The notes under the pieces are model-generated. The model worked only from the letters and a program-made list of their open reading frames with translations, searched no databases and had not been told where the DNA came from. Source: Priapulus caudatus (taxonomy: Eukaryota). From it: DNA of 64,000 nt. Of the stretch, positions 62,801 through 64,000 are shown piece by piece. Location: assembly GCF_000485595.1 (NCBI RefSeq), contig NW_014577085.1, forward strand, positions 70,456-134,455, written 5' to 3'. The position numbers were made by a program, and so were the translations under genes. Every line of letters begins with the position of its first letter. Positions within the stretch are counted from its first letter, which is position 1.

Positions 62801-64000
62801 TCGCATTGGCGCAAAAAAACGTTTCTAATGCCTTAATGGTCATGAATCACACGCAGAGGATAATATCACTAAGAAATGCTAGCGCGAGCTAGGGTGCGCG
62901 GACACGCGGACCTGGGAACCGTGTGCACACACAGACAGAGACGCGTCGGCTATTAGTGTAACAAAGACGCTGCGAGACATAATAGCAGTCGGCTCCTTGC
63001 CGCCTGACAAACAGGATCTCGCGAAGAGGCAGGCTTACTCACACCGCCATCAGGCGCGGAGAAACTCTCGCATTGTCTGTTTACGACCGCGTGCGATTCG
63101 CGTCTTTTTTCATCGGCACTATGCACAATATTCCTGAAAATAACTCGTATAAGCGGCCAAAAATCGATAACTGGACCAAGCTGCCTATATTTATACATAT
63201 ATGTGTGTGTATGTGTGTGTGGTTCAGGTCACAATGCCCACCGAAGTTGACACTGAAACAAACTAAAGCGGGTGTAATAATTCATTGTTCTAGAAACTGT
63301 ACGGCTGCGTGCTTATAGATTTGATTTTGATAGAAACTTAGTCATGCAAGAGAGCGTGTGTAACGGAGCTGCGTCGATATGTAGAGTAGGTAATTACAGA
63401 ATTACAGAAAACTATCATTGGTAAAGTAATCTTCGGATGTTTGTTGGGAAGAACACCGGGGTGGAAGCTCTCAGAATACAGGAAGTACGCATGTGAAATC
63501 TACACGTGAGTATAGAACGTGATTGGTAAAGTCCATTTCAATATTATACGGTTAACCCGACACCTTGGTGACAGCCTAAGCACGTGCAGACTGAATGGTC
63601 TTGCACATGCAGGAAATAAGATGACGTCACCCAGCAGTTGTATATATACGACACACCTCGGAAGAGGAAAGGGTTGGTCGTTGGTTGTGTCGTTCTCTCG
63701 CTGTGTACGCACGCATACCGACGAGGTTGAAAGAAAAGACAGACGGACTGAAAGACTGACTGACGGACTCAGAGACTGACGGACGGACAGACGGGAAGAA
63801 ATATATATATTGGTAACACACTTATCTGGACTCTTTGCCACGATTGTACTGTGGCTGACAATAAAATTACTATGCGTGGAAAACTTCACTCATCGAGTTG
63901 TGTTTGATCATTGATGTTACCTCCGCCACGACGCTGCATCAAACACAGAGCATTACCTGACATCTCCTTCAAGCTTCACCGCAAACACGAAACAAGCAGA

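Overview
Intron-rich, microsatellite-rich invertebrate animal genomic DNA with two 10-N assembly gaps (1318-1327, 11822-11831). The species cannot be assigned from this window. Three spliced protein-coding genes can be reconstructed with GT-AG sites and consistent phases. (1) Fifteen internal exons of an axonemal outer-arm dynein heavy chain, DNAH5/DNAH8-like (+, 1593-9963, AAA2 to start of AAA4). One exon is duplicated across the first gap, and the gene has no visible continuation after 9963. (2) A complete 6-exon gene for a 307-aa coiled-coil + BEN-domain protein (+, 18174-22140). (3) A 19-exon echinoid-like IgSF adhesion receptor (-, 25828-41379; 7 Ig, FN3 region, TM, tail ending ESGYSTP...VIHEVIV). 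Its canonical first exon was not found, but an orphan signal-peptide exon lies inside the Ig1 intron. The rest is introns, mini/microsatellites, a truncated LINE, a hAT relic, MITEs of several superfamilies and about 22 kb of non-coding sequence. The most unusual signal is a set of 32-56 bp palindromes flanked by 7-8 bp target-site duplications, several built as 17+4+17 bp. They look like P-superfamily excision footprints or zero-spacer micro-MITEs, and they co-occur with a 947-bp long-TIR element that has the same CAAGAG termini and a 7-bp TSD.
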